Assembly (NCBI GenBank): GCA_013239625.1
Contig: MU053365.1
Location: forward strand, 1,088,115-1,152,114
Length of the DNA: 64,000 nt
Direction: 5' to 3'
Origin: Lama guanicoe
Lineage: Eukaryota
Part shown: positions 37,566-50,360 of the stretch, piece by piece
How the letters are laid out: every line of letters starts with the position of its first letter
Numbering within the stretch: the stretch's first letter is position 1
Translations under genes and position numbers: made by a program
The notes under the pieces: model-generated
Seen by the model: the letters and a program-made list of their open reading frames with translations, nothing else
Told to the model about the DNA's origin: nothing
Databases searched by the model: none

Positions 37566-38639
37566 AGAAATAAAAGAATACTATGAACAATCATATGCCA
37601 ATAACGTAGACAACTCAGATGAAAGGGATAAATTCCAAGAAAGGTACAAATCAGCAAAACTCAACAAGAAATAAAACAATCTAAATAGACCTTTTAAAAG
37701 TAGAGATTAAATTAGTAATTTAAAAACTATCCCCAAAGAAAAGCCCAGCTCCAGATGGCTTCCCTGGGTTTTACAATGTCTTTCAAACAATATAAGAAGA
37801 AGAAACACTTCCTAACTCATTCTGAGGCCATTATTACTCTGATATCAAAACCAGACATAGATATTACAATAAAGAAAACTAAACCAATATCTATTATGAA
37901 TATATTCACAAAAATCTTCAACAAAACACCAAACCCAGCAACATATAAAAAGGCTCATATACCAGCACCAAGTGGGACTTACCTGAAGAATGCAAGGTTG
38001 GTTCAGCATGTGGAAAATCAGTGTAATCACCATATCATAAAATCAAGGGGAAAATCCACATGATTATCTCAATAAACACAGGAAAAGCATTTGACAAAAT
38101 CTAACACCTTATCAACAACAACAAACTAGGATTGAAAGGAATCTTCCTCAGCTTGATAAAGGGCCTTTAGGAATACTGCACAGCTAATTCATACTTAATG
38201 ATGAAAGACTGGATACGTCTCCTAAAGATCAGGAGCATATGTTTTCACCTCTCTTGAGTATATGCCTAGAATATACTTGGAATTTCTGGGTCATATGGTG
38301 CTACTATGTTAAACATAGCAATATATGAAGGTTCCAATTTCTCCAAATCTTCATCAGCATTTGTTATTTTCTGTCTTTTTGATTGTAGTCATACTAGTGA
38401 TTGTGAAGCAATACTACATTCTGGTTTTGATTTGCATTTCCCCAGTGGTTGCTGAGATTGAATATCTTGTGTTTATTGGTTAATTGTATATCCACTTGAC
38501 ATATTATGTCTTAATTCAACACAATCTGCATTAATTGTGCATTTGTCAATAAACTTCAAATGAGAAAATTCTTTTTTCCAATTATGAAATACATTACCCT
38601 GAAAAAACACATTTCTTGATCTCACCACCCGCCCCCCCA

Positions 38640-40140
38640 CCACCACCTGTCAACTACTGCTTGATTTCTTTGTTCCTCTCTGAAGCAAAATTTCTCAAGA
38701 GTTGCCTGTATCTGCTGTCTCTAACTCCTCTACTTAAGTCTTTCTTAAACTCATTCAAAGTAGGCTTTCACTCCTTCCACTCCATCACACTGCTCTCATC
38801 AGGTCTACAATGACCCCATATTGATAAGTCCTCAAGTCTAAGCTCTCATCTTATTGACCTATCAGAAGTAATTGACCATGGATCACACCTTTCTCCTTTC
38901 CTCTCATGACTTCCAGAACACCAAACACTTTGGGCTTCCCTCCTACCTCACTTGACACTCGCAGTCTTCTTTGCTGGTTCTCCTCTTTTTCTCTACATCA
39001 ATTTTGGCATGCCCAAGGATTAGTCTTTGGCCCACTTCTTTAACTATCTGATTCATTCTATCTGTGGTTTTAAATATAATTCCCAAACTTTTATCTCCAG
39101 CCCTGAACTCCTGACATATATCCAACAACCTACTGGACAGCTCCACTTGAATATCTAATAATCATCTCAAATTCAACATGGCTAATTTGTGATCGTCCCC
39201 TCTAACTTGCTCCTTCTGCAGCCTTCTGTGTATCTGTACTGACAGCAATTCCATCCTTCTAGTTTTTCCTGGATTCCTGTCTTTCTCTTACACCTCACAT
39301 CCAATCAGTCAGGAAATCCTATCAACATTTCCTTCAAAATATCCCCAGAATCAGACCATCTTACCACCACTTTTCACCTTGCTTCCAGGCTGGTTTGAGC
39401 TACCTACATTGTTGCAAGAGGCTCATAACCGGTGTCCCTGCTTCTCCTCTTGGCATTCTACAATCTGTTATCAACACAACCCAAGTGAATCTATTAAAAC
39501 ACAAGCCAGGTCCCATCTCTCCTCTTCTCAAAACCCTGCACCAGCTCTCATGTCAGAGTGAGAGCCCAAGTCCTCACCATGGCCTGCAAGGTCCTATCTA
39601 CCTTCTGGCCCCAACCACCAAGTTCACCTCCCCACCTTATCGCCTTCCCCTCCTCTCTGAATCAGCCACTCAGGCTTCTTTGCTGTTCTGTAAACATGCC
39701 AGAGACATTCTTGCCCTGGGGCCTTTCTTTGCTCTAGCTGTCCCCTCTGCTAGAAAGCACTTCCCTTAGTTATTAGCTCAGCTAACTCCTTTATATCCTT
39801 CAAATCTTTCCTTAAATCTTCCCTGCTTAATGAATTCTACCCTGACTATTCAACAGTGCTATCTCTGCCTCCCCTCAATACCACTCTGAACTTCTCTCCT
39901 TCTGGTCTTTTACTTTTTTTCCACAGTGTTTATGACATTCTAACATACCATATAGTTTACTTATTATACCTATTGTATATACCTATTGTATCTTCCCTGT
40001 CTTCTCTCTCTCCTCACTTGAATGTAAGCTCCCTGATGGCAGGGCTCTTTATTGTGTACCATAATGTATCTCAAGTATCCAGAACAATGCCTGGAATATA
40101 GAAGGTGCTCAATAAATACATATTGAGTGAATAAACAAAT
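38640..40140 (+). mobile_element. LINE-2 3' portion
   Basis: C/T-rich strand with tctccagccctgaactc...atatccaacaacctactggacagctccacttg; ends gtgctcaataaatacatattgagtgaataaa. Confidence 0.85.
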
Positions 40141-41104
40141 CTGCTCTAGTTCTTCCAGAAGGAGTCACTGCCACTGCTGCTCTTCTTCTTGAGAAACTTC
40201 TTTGCTCAGGATGTTGTCTTCCAGGGCTTCCAACCTGCAGCTTCCATTCAGGCCTCACTGCACTTAATGCTATGTTCCAAGGAACAAATAAAAGAATTCT
40301 CTTCTCTCCATAGGACTCCAGCCTAGTCTACAGGTCCAGTCAGAGGAACAGGCACTCTGTTCACCCATCTATCAGCAAGATTCTGCCTCCAAGGGTCAGA
40401 CATAAACCAAACCAGGCCCCAAGCCCTAGGTAATAAGCCTATGAAAATGGATGCCTACATATGTCAGAATTTTAATTTTTACTCAGATACAAACTTCTGC
40501 TACATATAAACTGAAGTGATTGGATGAGACAATTTTTGGACTTCTCTATTTCTCAGTGTTCCTGTTACATTTAAACTTAGCTTAAATAGTTAAGGTCCAT
40601 TTTTCAAAGTACTAATTTTTAATGCTCATTTCCAGTATGCTCCTCTATTTTAAAAAATTGTAATTCAAATTGCCTAAAAGCTGTTCTTTGAGCTATTTTA
40701 CCATGAACATGCATCCCATGTCTGTCTATACTGGGTGAAAGATGACATTCTGACTGATCGATCACTCAATTCATTAAGTGACTTTTTTCACCGTCCAGTA
40801 ATCAACTGGTCATTTGATCTGTCTAAATAAAACAACTGTAGAAGAATGTTTTAGAAGGCCATTTCTCTAACTGCAGCAAGACACTGTGGCCTATATAAAA
40901 GTGAAAATGAATACGCTCTTAAGGCTGTATTTAGCTTTCCATTGTCTAATGCATTATTTGACTAGGCACGCAGGTGTCAGTCAGCCCAAATCTCTTCTCC
41001 CAGCCTTGGTACTCAACTAAGACAAAGTAGACAGAATATTTGGGGGTTATGTTGGTTTTTCCCGGGAGATGCTAATCTACATGACCTATTTTTTGTTGTT
41101 CTGT

Positions 41105-41445
41105 ATTTTTAAAAATTTTTTATTTTGAAATAATTCTAAATTCATGGAGAGCTGCAAATAGAACAAAAGGGGGTCCCACATATTTTTCACCCAGTTTCCC
41201 CCAGTGGTTACATCTCACATAGCTACAGTACAAGCTGATACTAACATAGTATCAACTATACTTCAATTAAAAAAAAAACCAGGAAACTGACTTTGGTACA
41301 ATGTGTGTATATAGTGCTGTGTCATTTTATTACATGTGTACACTCATTGTTACAGTCACCACAATCCAGATATGGAACTACTCCATCACCACAAAGATCT
41401 ACTTATGCTACTCCTTTATAGTTGCACCCACCCTCCTCCTCTCTA
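41105..41445 (-). mobile_element. L1M 3' end fragment
   Basis: tttttattttgaaataattctaaattca...cacccagtttcccccagtggttacatc. Confidence 0.7.
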
Positions 41446-42639
41446 TATAATCTATTTTTAATTATTTAAGGAATATACTGCCTCAGACAGGATTTCCCTA
41501 TTTTGATGCACTTATATCTAAAAATTCCAAGAACAGATCTTCATTATTTTCATGATCAAGAAATCCCTGACAACCCATCAAAGCTCTGTTTTGGGCTTGG
41601 CCTCAGAGCTATTGGTTTGCTTAATTAACATAAAAAATCTGAGATATATTAGAGTCTTTCTAGGAATAGTTAACATTCAAATAAGTTTTAGTTAACTTAT
41701 TCTATTCTTGCCCTGGTTAAAGGATGGATTTAAAACAATCCCCTTAGTAAGCGATTGTTTAAAATGCCTGCTCCAATGACCTAGTTACATGCTCAATAAG
41801 ACAATGCAATCTGGATCCACGGCTCTGAGGAATAACATTTGCTCACTGTCTCTCTCCAATATGAGAGAAGAGTCACATAATGTGAAAGAAGAGAAAGAGC
41901 TATGGGTCACAAGTGTTTAAAATACAAACTCTCATTACAATGAAAACATTCCCTCCATGTTACCCCTCCCAATCTTCACCATTTTTCTTCTCCAGCCCTA
42001 CCATCCTTCCCCCTTTCCAGCTGCTCACCCTATAAGATTACTTTTCCCTCCATCCACAGTAATCCCCTCTGAAAAACACTAAAGTCAATTCTACATGCAG
42101 AAGTTCTGCTAGCTACCGCAAAAATTTTCAAAGATATGAATTCATGACATATTTTTTCTATTAGTACCCAACTATACATAGAGTTGGGTAGGTCTGCTTT
42201 TTTCAGTCTACACATGAATATTTTCTCATTTCATTAAACATTTCAGTATTCTTAATGGCTTAAAAAGGAAAATTCTGGTATAAGTACATATTGAGCTGAT
42301 GTGGATCCATATCTTATGATAAAAATATCTAGGAATGCTGGATAAACTGTAATACCCAAATAAATTTAAGTATATAGCCTAGCTTAAAAGAAAAGTAAAT
42401 TTCCAGGGGTCATGAGGGAAGAAAGAAATCAGAACCAGAACTAGAGTGACTATCTCAGGTTTAGCATGGAAAGTCCCGCATCCAGGGAAACCCCTCAGTC
42501 CTAGACAACCAAGACAGAGGCCATCCTTGCCCAGAGAGATAAGTAAGAGGAAGCTGACATACAATCCATTTGCAGGCATTTCAGGCCTGATACGGACTCT
42601 AGGAACTGGATCCAATGCTCTTAAGACTCTCCAATTCCA

Positions 42640-43325
42640 ATTGTTCCAATTGTTTGTTGACTTCCTTGGATTTTCTGTGTAAATGATAGTATTTGTATAC
42701 GCAAATAACAGAGGTTGCCTTTTAGTCATTACAAGTCATTTGTTTCTCTTAAATGATTTATTTGGCTAGACCCTCTAGTATTGTTAAATAGCAGCTGTGA
42801 TATCAGGCATCATTGCCTTGTTCTTGACCTCAGAGGGAATGCTTCTAACCTTTCTCCATTAGTATGTTTAGTTTACTTTTATAAGGTTAGGGGAGTTCCC
42901 TTCTAGTCCTAGTTTGCTAAGATTTTAAAAAATCTTAAATGAGTGATATTTGTCAATTGCTTTCTTCTGCATCTTTGTAGAAAATCCTATTCTTATCCTT
43001 CAGCCTGTTAAGGTAATTATATTCCCCTGCATTCCAGCACTGAAACATCCCTGCACTCCTGGAACAAAGCCTACTTAATACATTGTTGGATTCAGTACAC
43101 AGACACACACACACACACTTTTAGGATTTTTGTATCCATGTCCTTAAGTTAAACTGACCTCTAGCATTCTTTCCTTGCACTGTCTTCTTCTGGCTGTGGT
43201 ATCTGTATTACATACTAGCTTCATAAAACTCATAGGCAGCTTTTTCTGTTACTCTACTTTCTGGGACAATTTGTATAAGATTGGAGTTATCTGTTCTTGA
43301 AATTTCATAATATTCACCAAAAAAA
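42640..43325 (-). mobile_element. Old L1 ORF2 fragment
   Basis: Antisense RT remnants (RQPLLFAYTNTIIYTENPRKST; cattgccttgttcttgacctcagagggaatgc). Confidence 0.75.
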
Positions 43326-43596
43326 TTAGGGTCTGACTTGGGGAGCAATGAAGGGAAAGTAAAGAGTGCAACTAGAAGCTAAAGTCTAATCACTCTGGCA
43401 TTTGTAGGCCCTGGCCATCTCCTACATTTGCCTTCATATACTGACCCTGCCCAAAGGCCTTTGATAGATTTTTGGTTGTTAAGTTGAACATTGAGTTCCA
43501 CCAACTTTCCAATCACCTTTTTGGCAGTGACAGAGGTGAATATGAGGGAGGGATCCATATACGATAACTTGGTTTGCCAACTATGACAACTATTTT

Positions 43597-43771
43597 CCAA
43601 GGCATGCACGGGCGTGCAACCTGTGTAGTCACATAGGGCCCAGCTCTTAGAAAGGCCTTGTGCTTGGTTTAATGTTCTGCTGTCACCATCTTGAAATCCT
43701 TAATAATTCTGAACATAAAGTCCTGCATTTTCATTTTACAGTAGGCCTCACACATTCTATAGACAGTTCTG
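43597..43771. mobile_element. MER45A-like hAT-Tip100 MITE
   Basis: gggcgtgcaacctgtgtagtcacatagggcc...cttggtttaatgttctgctgtcaccatcttgaaatccttaataat. Confidence 0.65.
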
Positions 43772-45164
43772 CTATTCCTGAATAGACTTTCATTTTAGTT
43801 TCACCTCCCTCTGCTCTATCTTCATCCCTGAAGTTATAACTCATGTACATTTTCTTGGCAAGCCTCTGAGATCTGGGGCAGGCAGCAGCTAAGTAGGATG
43901 GCCCACATATTGCAGCTTGGTCTGAGGCTCTAAATTCAGCATGGCAAACCAGTAGTAGGTATTATCAGTTTCCCAGTCTCCCCAAGGGAAGTTGTGCATC
44001 ATTTAGATCATCAGTAGACGAGAAACATACAGAAAATGCTGTAATGAATAAAATGTGCCTTTATTACACTAAAGAGAAGCTCTTATTTTATGGAGAGCTT
44101 CCATTGTTCATGATGGTGATATTAAAGAGAGAGCTTGTACTCATTTTCCAAGTGACTGAACTTTACATCTATCCAGATTCTCTACCAATGTCTCATTGGC
44201 AAGGGATTAAGGTATAAGGATCTTTGTTTCTGACCTTTTGGTGATTCTTGGTTTAAAGTCTCAATGCCCACGGAATTTGGAAGAATGTCCATCACCTCTA
44301 GTTTTAGAGCAGTCACCCTAATCAGTTTAAGTTCAGTTTCTGCATCAGAGGTACTTCTCACTTAGGTAGTATCTTTTCATTTGGAACAGATATGATAATG
44401 GCTTGAGGGAAATGACTCTGTGACTGTTAAGGTTTGCATGTTAATGACACGCTTATGATCTACCCATCTATCTCTTCCAGGGATTCATCATCTGTATCAG
44501 ACACAACTTCGTAGTACATTAGGCATTGGTGTTGGAGACAGCACTCTGAGCAAACTTATTTCCTTCCTACGCTTGTGAAGGTGACTTTGGCTTTTCATCT
44601 TTAATAAATAACAACCCTCAATTGCTTCAAATTTTCATCTCTGGTCCAGCCTGTATCTTTATTCGACTGTCACTTTGTGCTCACATTCCTTCCCATTACA
44701 TTACCCACTTAGTGGTAATCTCTGTCAGTATACCCTGCAACCCAGCTTGTAATCTTTAAACAGGGAACCGTTGCAGATGTTCCTCTCTATTGCTTTCAGA
44801 GTACTGTTTGTTTCAGATTATGCTTATATTCTTCATAGAATGTAGCAGATTTTGCTAACATCTCAATCTTATAAAGTTTTTGTTTCCTTATGGAGTTGTC
44901 TTATTACTTATTTCTACCCAGAGAACTTTCTTCGGTTGTTCTTTTTCATTTAGTTTTCCCTGAATGCAGTTCTTAAAATTTAGATAAGCAGTATCAGATT
45001 CTTGGGGGAATGGCTTTAAAAGCAACCACTTGTTTTACTGAACTCTGGTGATCATTTGTTGTACAGTTTGACTTTTTTCCTAATATTTCAGTTCTCCTTG
45101 GAAGTGCTTGTTTGTTCATCATAGCAAAAGTGAAGAACCCTACAAAACATCTTCGTTTCTAATC

Positions 45165-46865
45165 CAATCATTCAATAGGTATTTTATTTGTTGAGCACTT
45201 ACTATGTGCTAGACACTGTGCAAGGCCCTTGGGATGCATCATTGGACAAAACACATAAAAATCTCTGCCCTCAGAGAGCTTCTGGGAGGGAAAGGCAAAT
45301 AATAAACACTACACATAATAAATAACTATATAGTATGTTTACAGGTGATAAGTGCTATGGGAAAAAACGAAGAGGGTAAAGTAGACCAAGAAGGCAAGCC
45401 GAAACTTCCCTACGTCCTTAGCCTTTATATTCAGTGTTCCACCTATTCTCCTGTCTTGAAAAAATTATTCTCCCCATTCTGTACTGCCAATCAATTACTG
45501 TACCATTATTTCTGATTCCCTTCACAGACAAATGTCTTCAACAAGTTGTCTACTCTCTGCTTTCACTTTCTCACTTCCCAGTTATCCTGCAACTCAAAGT
45601 TATCTAGTTTCTGCTCCTATCTCTTCACTGAAACTGTGATTGCCAAATTCATCAATGACTTCCATGTTACCAAATCCAGTGGAAATTAATCTGAATTTTG
45701 ATACTGTTGATCACTCATTCCTCCTTAAACATGCCATCCTCTTGAATTTCATTATATTGCTCTCTCCTGCTTATCCTCCTGCTTCTCAGTCTCCACCGAC
45801 AGCTCACTACTTCTGACTGTCCCTTAAATGCTTGTGTTCCTCTGGATTCTATTCCAGGCCCTTCTCATTTTTCTTATTCTTTCTAATTGGAATCAATCAT
45901 TTACTGTGATTTCAATTACCATCTATATATCAATGACTCTAAACTTTTATATCAAGCCAGACCCTTCTCCTGAGCTCTGGACCCATATATCTAACTGCCT
46001 ACTAGTCATATCCACCTGGATGGCCCACAGGCACTTAAAACAGCCCATCCAAAAATGACTCATCTTCCCCTGCCAAACCTGCCCTTCTTCTCATTGTCCC
46101 AGCTCAGTGAATAGCTCCACCATCTTTCCAGCTAGTCTATCATTTAGAAACCTGAAATTCATACTCTCTTTTTAGCACCCTCATTTCTTCCCACATGCAC
46201 ATTACTCACTAAGTCCTATTGATGCTACATGCTAAGCAGCTCTGTAATCTTTCTACTTTTATCTACAAGTGCCACTATTCTAGCCCAGGATTCCATATTT
46301 TCTCATCCACATTAATACAACAGCCTCATAACTGGTTCCCTTGACCCCAGTGATGCTCACTCCCAGTTCTCCACACAACAGTCAGAGTGACCTCTAAGGA
46401 TATAGATCTAATGATACCATTCATCTGCTTGAAACCCTTCACTGGTTCCCTTCTGTCCACAGGATAAAACCTGACTCTTTAACTTAGGTTGTAAGTTCTT
46501 CTGATTTAACATCTAAGTCGAAGTTGCTGCCATCCTGAACTATTTGTAGTGCTCCAAATACTCCATGCACTTGGGCCTTCATACCTGAAACACTCCTTCC
46601 ACCACACAGTGATTGCATGGCAAACACCTATTGATCCTTCTTACCTTTCATTTTGTCTCTTCCTGAAGTCTGGGCTAGTGCCCCCGCCATCTTCTCCCAT
46701 AGAACTTGGTCCTCCTCCTATCACAGCCCTGTGATTACTTCTTCCTAGCTTCCTCCCCAGCTGGATGGATGAAGGAAATGCCAAGTCTACCTTCCTCATG
46801 GCTATATCCCCAGTATATATCCCATAGCAGGGGCTAAATCAATGTTTGTTGAACAAATGAGCAAT
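45165..46865. mobile_element. LINE-2 fragments (minus 3' end at about 45165-45400; plus segment at about 45500-46865)
   Basis: tcattcaat...ttgttgagcacttactatgtgctagacactg; the plus piece ends tcaatgtttgttgaacaaatga. Confidence 0.8.
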
Positions 46866-47399
46866 GAGCCCAGGTAAACCTGAGCCCCACATATTTCAAA
46901 GAGGAAAGTGACCCTTAAAAATATACCTTTTTTTAAAAAATCAATTTTATGTCACAAAATACAACTGTTTTCTTTAAAAAAATAAACAAGGTAATAACAG
47001 TGTTCAGCTCTGAGCAATGGATTACGGCTGATTTTTTTCTTCTTTTATATAATCTTTTAACTAAATTTTCTATAATGAGTGTGTCTTACTTTTATGGTGA
47101 AAAAATGTTATAAATTATAAACTACAAATAACTCTAACACAAAATATTTTTACCTCTTTTCCTCAAAATAGAGTGTCATATTTAGTGAAATATCACTGGG
47201 TTTTTCTGCCACTTTGCTGGAAGGTGAATAACAACATGAAATCTCTGCCTTATTTAACACCAACAGAAGTATATGTTGATAATATAACCCAAGTTGCAAA
47301 AATCATATCACCACCTAGGACCTGAAATGCCAGCAGTGCTTTTCATATAGTTTTAGAAATTCTGTACTATTTTTAATAAGAAGAATTCGGATTCTGGTT

Positions 47400-47538
47400 T
47401 GATGCACCAAAACTGAACTATAACTTTATTTTATATCTGGAAGTAAACATAAAAATAAGAACTAATCCTTATCCTTCTAAAATGCTCCATCAGGTTTAGA
47501 TGACTGGTACAGTCTCCTCTGAAAGATCTGTGTTCTTC
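47400..47538 (-). terminator. FMR1NB: FMR1NB 3' UTR with AATAAA polyadenylation signal (47425-47430)
   Basis: Minus-strand AATAAA (plus tttatt at 47425-47430) lies about 110 nt after the stop. A cleavage site near 47400 is inferred. Confidence 0.75.
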
Positions 47539-47555
47539 TCAGTGGGAAAATAATG
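47539..47555 (-). CDS. FMR1NB: FMR1NB terminal exon, coding part (A-L-F-S-H-stop)
   Basis: Strong acceptor acttttctcctgTAG|CATTATTTTCCCAC TGA; phase 1 is compatible with the exon 5 donor. The exon start CATTATTTTCCC resembles the recalled start of the human last exon. Confidence 0.82.
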
Positions 47556-49023
47556 CTACAGGAGAAAAGTGAAGTAGAGTTAAACAACTTGAAAAAAACT
47601 AGCATACAACATCACACTTTGCTATAAAAGGACTGCAACAAAGTTCTCAAACTCTATACATTGAATGCTATGATTAACTTAGTTATTTTCAGTTTGCCAA
47701 CGTATCGTCTTATGGTGAGGCATACAAGCAAAATACACTAGAGCAAATACCATTACAATGACAATTTCTAAATAACATAGTTAACTTCCATGTCCCAGAG
47801 AATGGGCCACAGAAATCAAGTTTTGTTAGTCTATTATAACATTATATGTGTGTGCATACAGGTATGTGTGTGCATACATATGTGCATGCATGTATTACAT
47901 TAATCTTATACAAAGTAATATACAGGTATGTACAATAATATACATGCAATATTATTATATATCTTACATATTATCTTACATAAATAATGTAACAACTACA
48001 CATACATATACAATACCTTGCATAAGGATTTTCTTTTGTTTCTTCTGAGATAGGTCACTTTTCCTATTCATCTAGTCCAAATTTATATTTTGCAGCTTTA
48101 TGAATTGAGCCCAGGAAAGTTAAGGGACTTGCCCAAGCTCCCACTGTAAATAACAGCAGAACTGGGACTTAAAGCCAGAGTCTCCTGATGCTGTTTAATG
48201 GTCTGTTATTCTACTCTTCTCCTTCTCTATAACTGAAGCTAGGAATTCATACCTTAAATTTGAGTAATGAACTGCAATTTTCAAAGAATTTTCACCCATG
48301 TTGTATTATTTAAGCTACAGAAAAAAAGAAAATCTCAGCTGATGGTATCAGGGAGCTGAAAAGGTTAAGCCTTAGTCTCCTGACTCCCAGTCTAGTACTC
48401 TACTCCTTGAAGTATACCTCTTTTCTCATAAACCATTTTATTCTTACTTGGCCCCTCACAATTACTTTGGGAGGAAGAGACCCAGGTCAAGGCTAGGGGA
48501 TCTGTAAGCCTGTGCAAGTGAGGCCCAGGTAATCCCTGGTGTATGATTCTGGGATCGCCTCTCTGAACCTCTTGTAATACTGCATTGTGTATGTCTGGGG
48601 AGCAGGTAGCTGAAACCACAGCTAGGATCCAGGATTTGAGCTAAGACCTGTTAGACTCCCGAGGCTATGCTCCTTCCCCTGGGTGTGTCATACGGTCAAC
48701 AATCATGGAGGACCACAGCCGCTATTATTTAGTAAGGGTGTCTATCATGGAGCTTCAGAGTCGGAGCAGGCAGACTCCATTTCTTTGTTTACCTGAAGGG
48801 CTGAACTATGCATATCAAATTATATGGCACCCAAACAACTTGGTACATCTCTTGTCCACCTTCCTCCCATCCAAATATCCCTAGTGATAATATTTGTTTC
48901 AGAAGTTGATACTCCTGTGGTCCAAACATTTATGGGATAAAAACATAAACATCAACTGAATCAAGATGGTGAGAATAAGAGTCAAATATTAAATACTTCA
49001 ACTTTATATGCTGTTGTCATTAC

Positions 49024-49169
49024 CTTTGGTCTCCTCCTTTTCATCATCTAATCCTTCCTCATCCATTCCTGCCCCTAACATTTCAGCATCCCTGTTTAGA
49101 TCGCTTCTTTGTTTCTTCAAACCCTTTAAAAGTCTGCTGACTTTCCTTCGTAAAGGATTGGCCCATCTG
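49024..49169 (-). CDS. FMR1NB: FMR1NB exon (equivalent to human exon 5), cytoplasmic basic/acidic tail
   Basis: 146-nt exon, ttaCAG|CAG ... AAAG|GTAATG, phase 2-1, open in frame. Translates SRWANPLRRKVSRLLKGLKKQRSDLNRDAEMLGAGMDEEGLDDEKEETK; GLKKQR and EML are shared with recalled human FMR1NB. Confidence 0.92.
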
Positions 49170-49649
49170 CTGTAATATTAAAAGTTCAAAGTGAAACCTT
49201 ATTTCTCAACAGTGATAGAACAATAACAATGGCAGGTTATAAAGAAAAGGCTATTTGCTCACATAACTCTTTACACATTCCCACCTGATTGTTTAATTCA
49301 CCATATTTAATAATTCTGATAGAAATTATTACATTTGGCTCACTGATATTTATCACTATAACCATAATTATTACTCTGTATAGTGTCATTTTGATCACTG
49401 GATTCTGTACAAGAATGCCACCCTACTTCCCTCTGCTGACATCAATGTTACCCACCCTTCAAGACACAGCTTACATATTATTGGTCTAGAAAGCCTTCCC
49501 TGTCACTCCTAGCCTATAGGAAGTCCTCCCTCCTATGAACTTCAGAACTAAATAGTAATAGTTTACACTACACGATCATTTACAATCTTACAATTTTGCA
49601 CTTACATTCACTATTGCTATCATTTGAAACAAATGGAAGCACACGTTTT

Positions 49650-49786
49650 GCTTGTATTGTTTGTTTGCTGAGGAGGAGGTAATTAGGTTTCTTCATTGAT
49701 TTCCACTTGGAGGAGGCAGCAGGGATTGAACCCGGGACCTCCTGGGTGCTCAACGTGCGCTCTACCACTTGAGCTATACCCTTTCC
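49650..49786 (-). mobile_element. tRNA-Ala-derived SINE (Vic-1 type, camelid) in FMR1NB intron
   Basis: Minus strand GGAAAGGGTATAGCTCAAGTGGTAGAGCGCACGTTGAGCACCCAGGAGGTCCCGGGTTCAATCCC (A and B boxes), then an aaacctaattacctcc tail. Confidence 0.85.
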
Positions 49787-49839
49787 TGCACTATTGCTGT
49801 AATTTGGTATTCAATCTTGTACTTTCGTGCATTTCTGTG

Positions 49840-50360
49840 GATAGTGGACAGAGGTAGGCACTTGAGAGCCTCTCACAGGCCAAGAACTTGGCCAGGTACT
49901 TTACATGCTTTATCTCATTTAATTCTCACAACAACCCTATATGGTGCAAATTATAAAAATGGGGTTTAAGGAGGTAAGATAACTCACCCAAGGTCATACA
50001 TAGCCAGTAAATGGAGATGCTACTAGTATTTGAATCCTGGTCTGTCAGATTATAAATTACAGACTCTTTCTATTAGACAACACTGCAGCATTAGCGAATA
50101 ATGACTAGTAACAGCAAGCAGGATGACTTCCTACATGCTAAGCCCTGTGTATAAGCACTTCATGTGCATGATATTATTTAATCTTCATGTTAAGTTGATG
50201 AGGAAAGTACTATTTCTACCATTTCCATTTTTCAGGCAGAGAAACTGAGGCACTGAGAAGGAAGGTAATTTGCCCGAGGTCACCAGACCAGTCAGTAATG
50301 AAGCCAGGATTCAAATCCAGACCTGCCTAAATCTAAAGTGCAATCTCTCACCCACTATAT
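49840..50360 (-). mobile_element. Two tandem MIR SINEs
   Basis: ttctcacaacaaccctat...cccaaggtcatacatagc; agagaaactgaggcactgaga...cccgaggtcac...ggattcaaatccag. Confidence 0.75.

Larger units (their letters stand above)
35030..38235 (+). mobile_element. Older L1 ORF2 segment, host of the young L1 insertion
   Basis: agttggttctttgaaaagaccaacaaaattgacaaa ([12 protein letters not shown]) before the insertion. The host resumes gaatactatgaacaatcatatgccaataac (EYYEQSYANN) after 37566. A minus-strand L1 piece follows at about 38237-38500. Confidence 0.85.
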
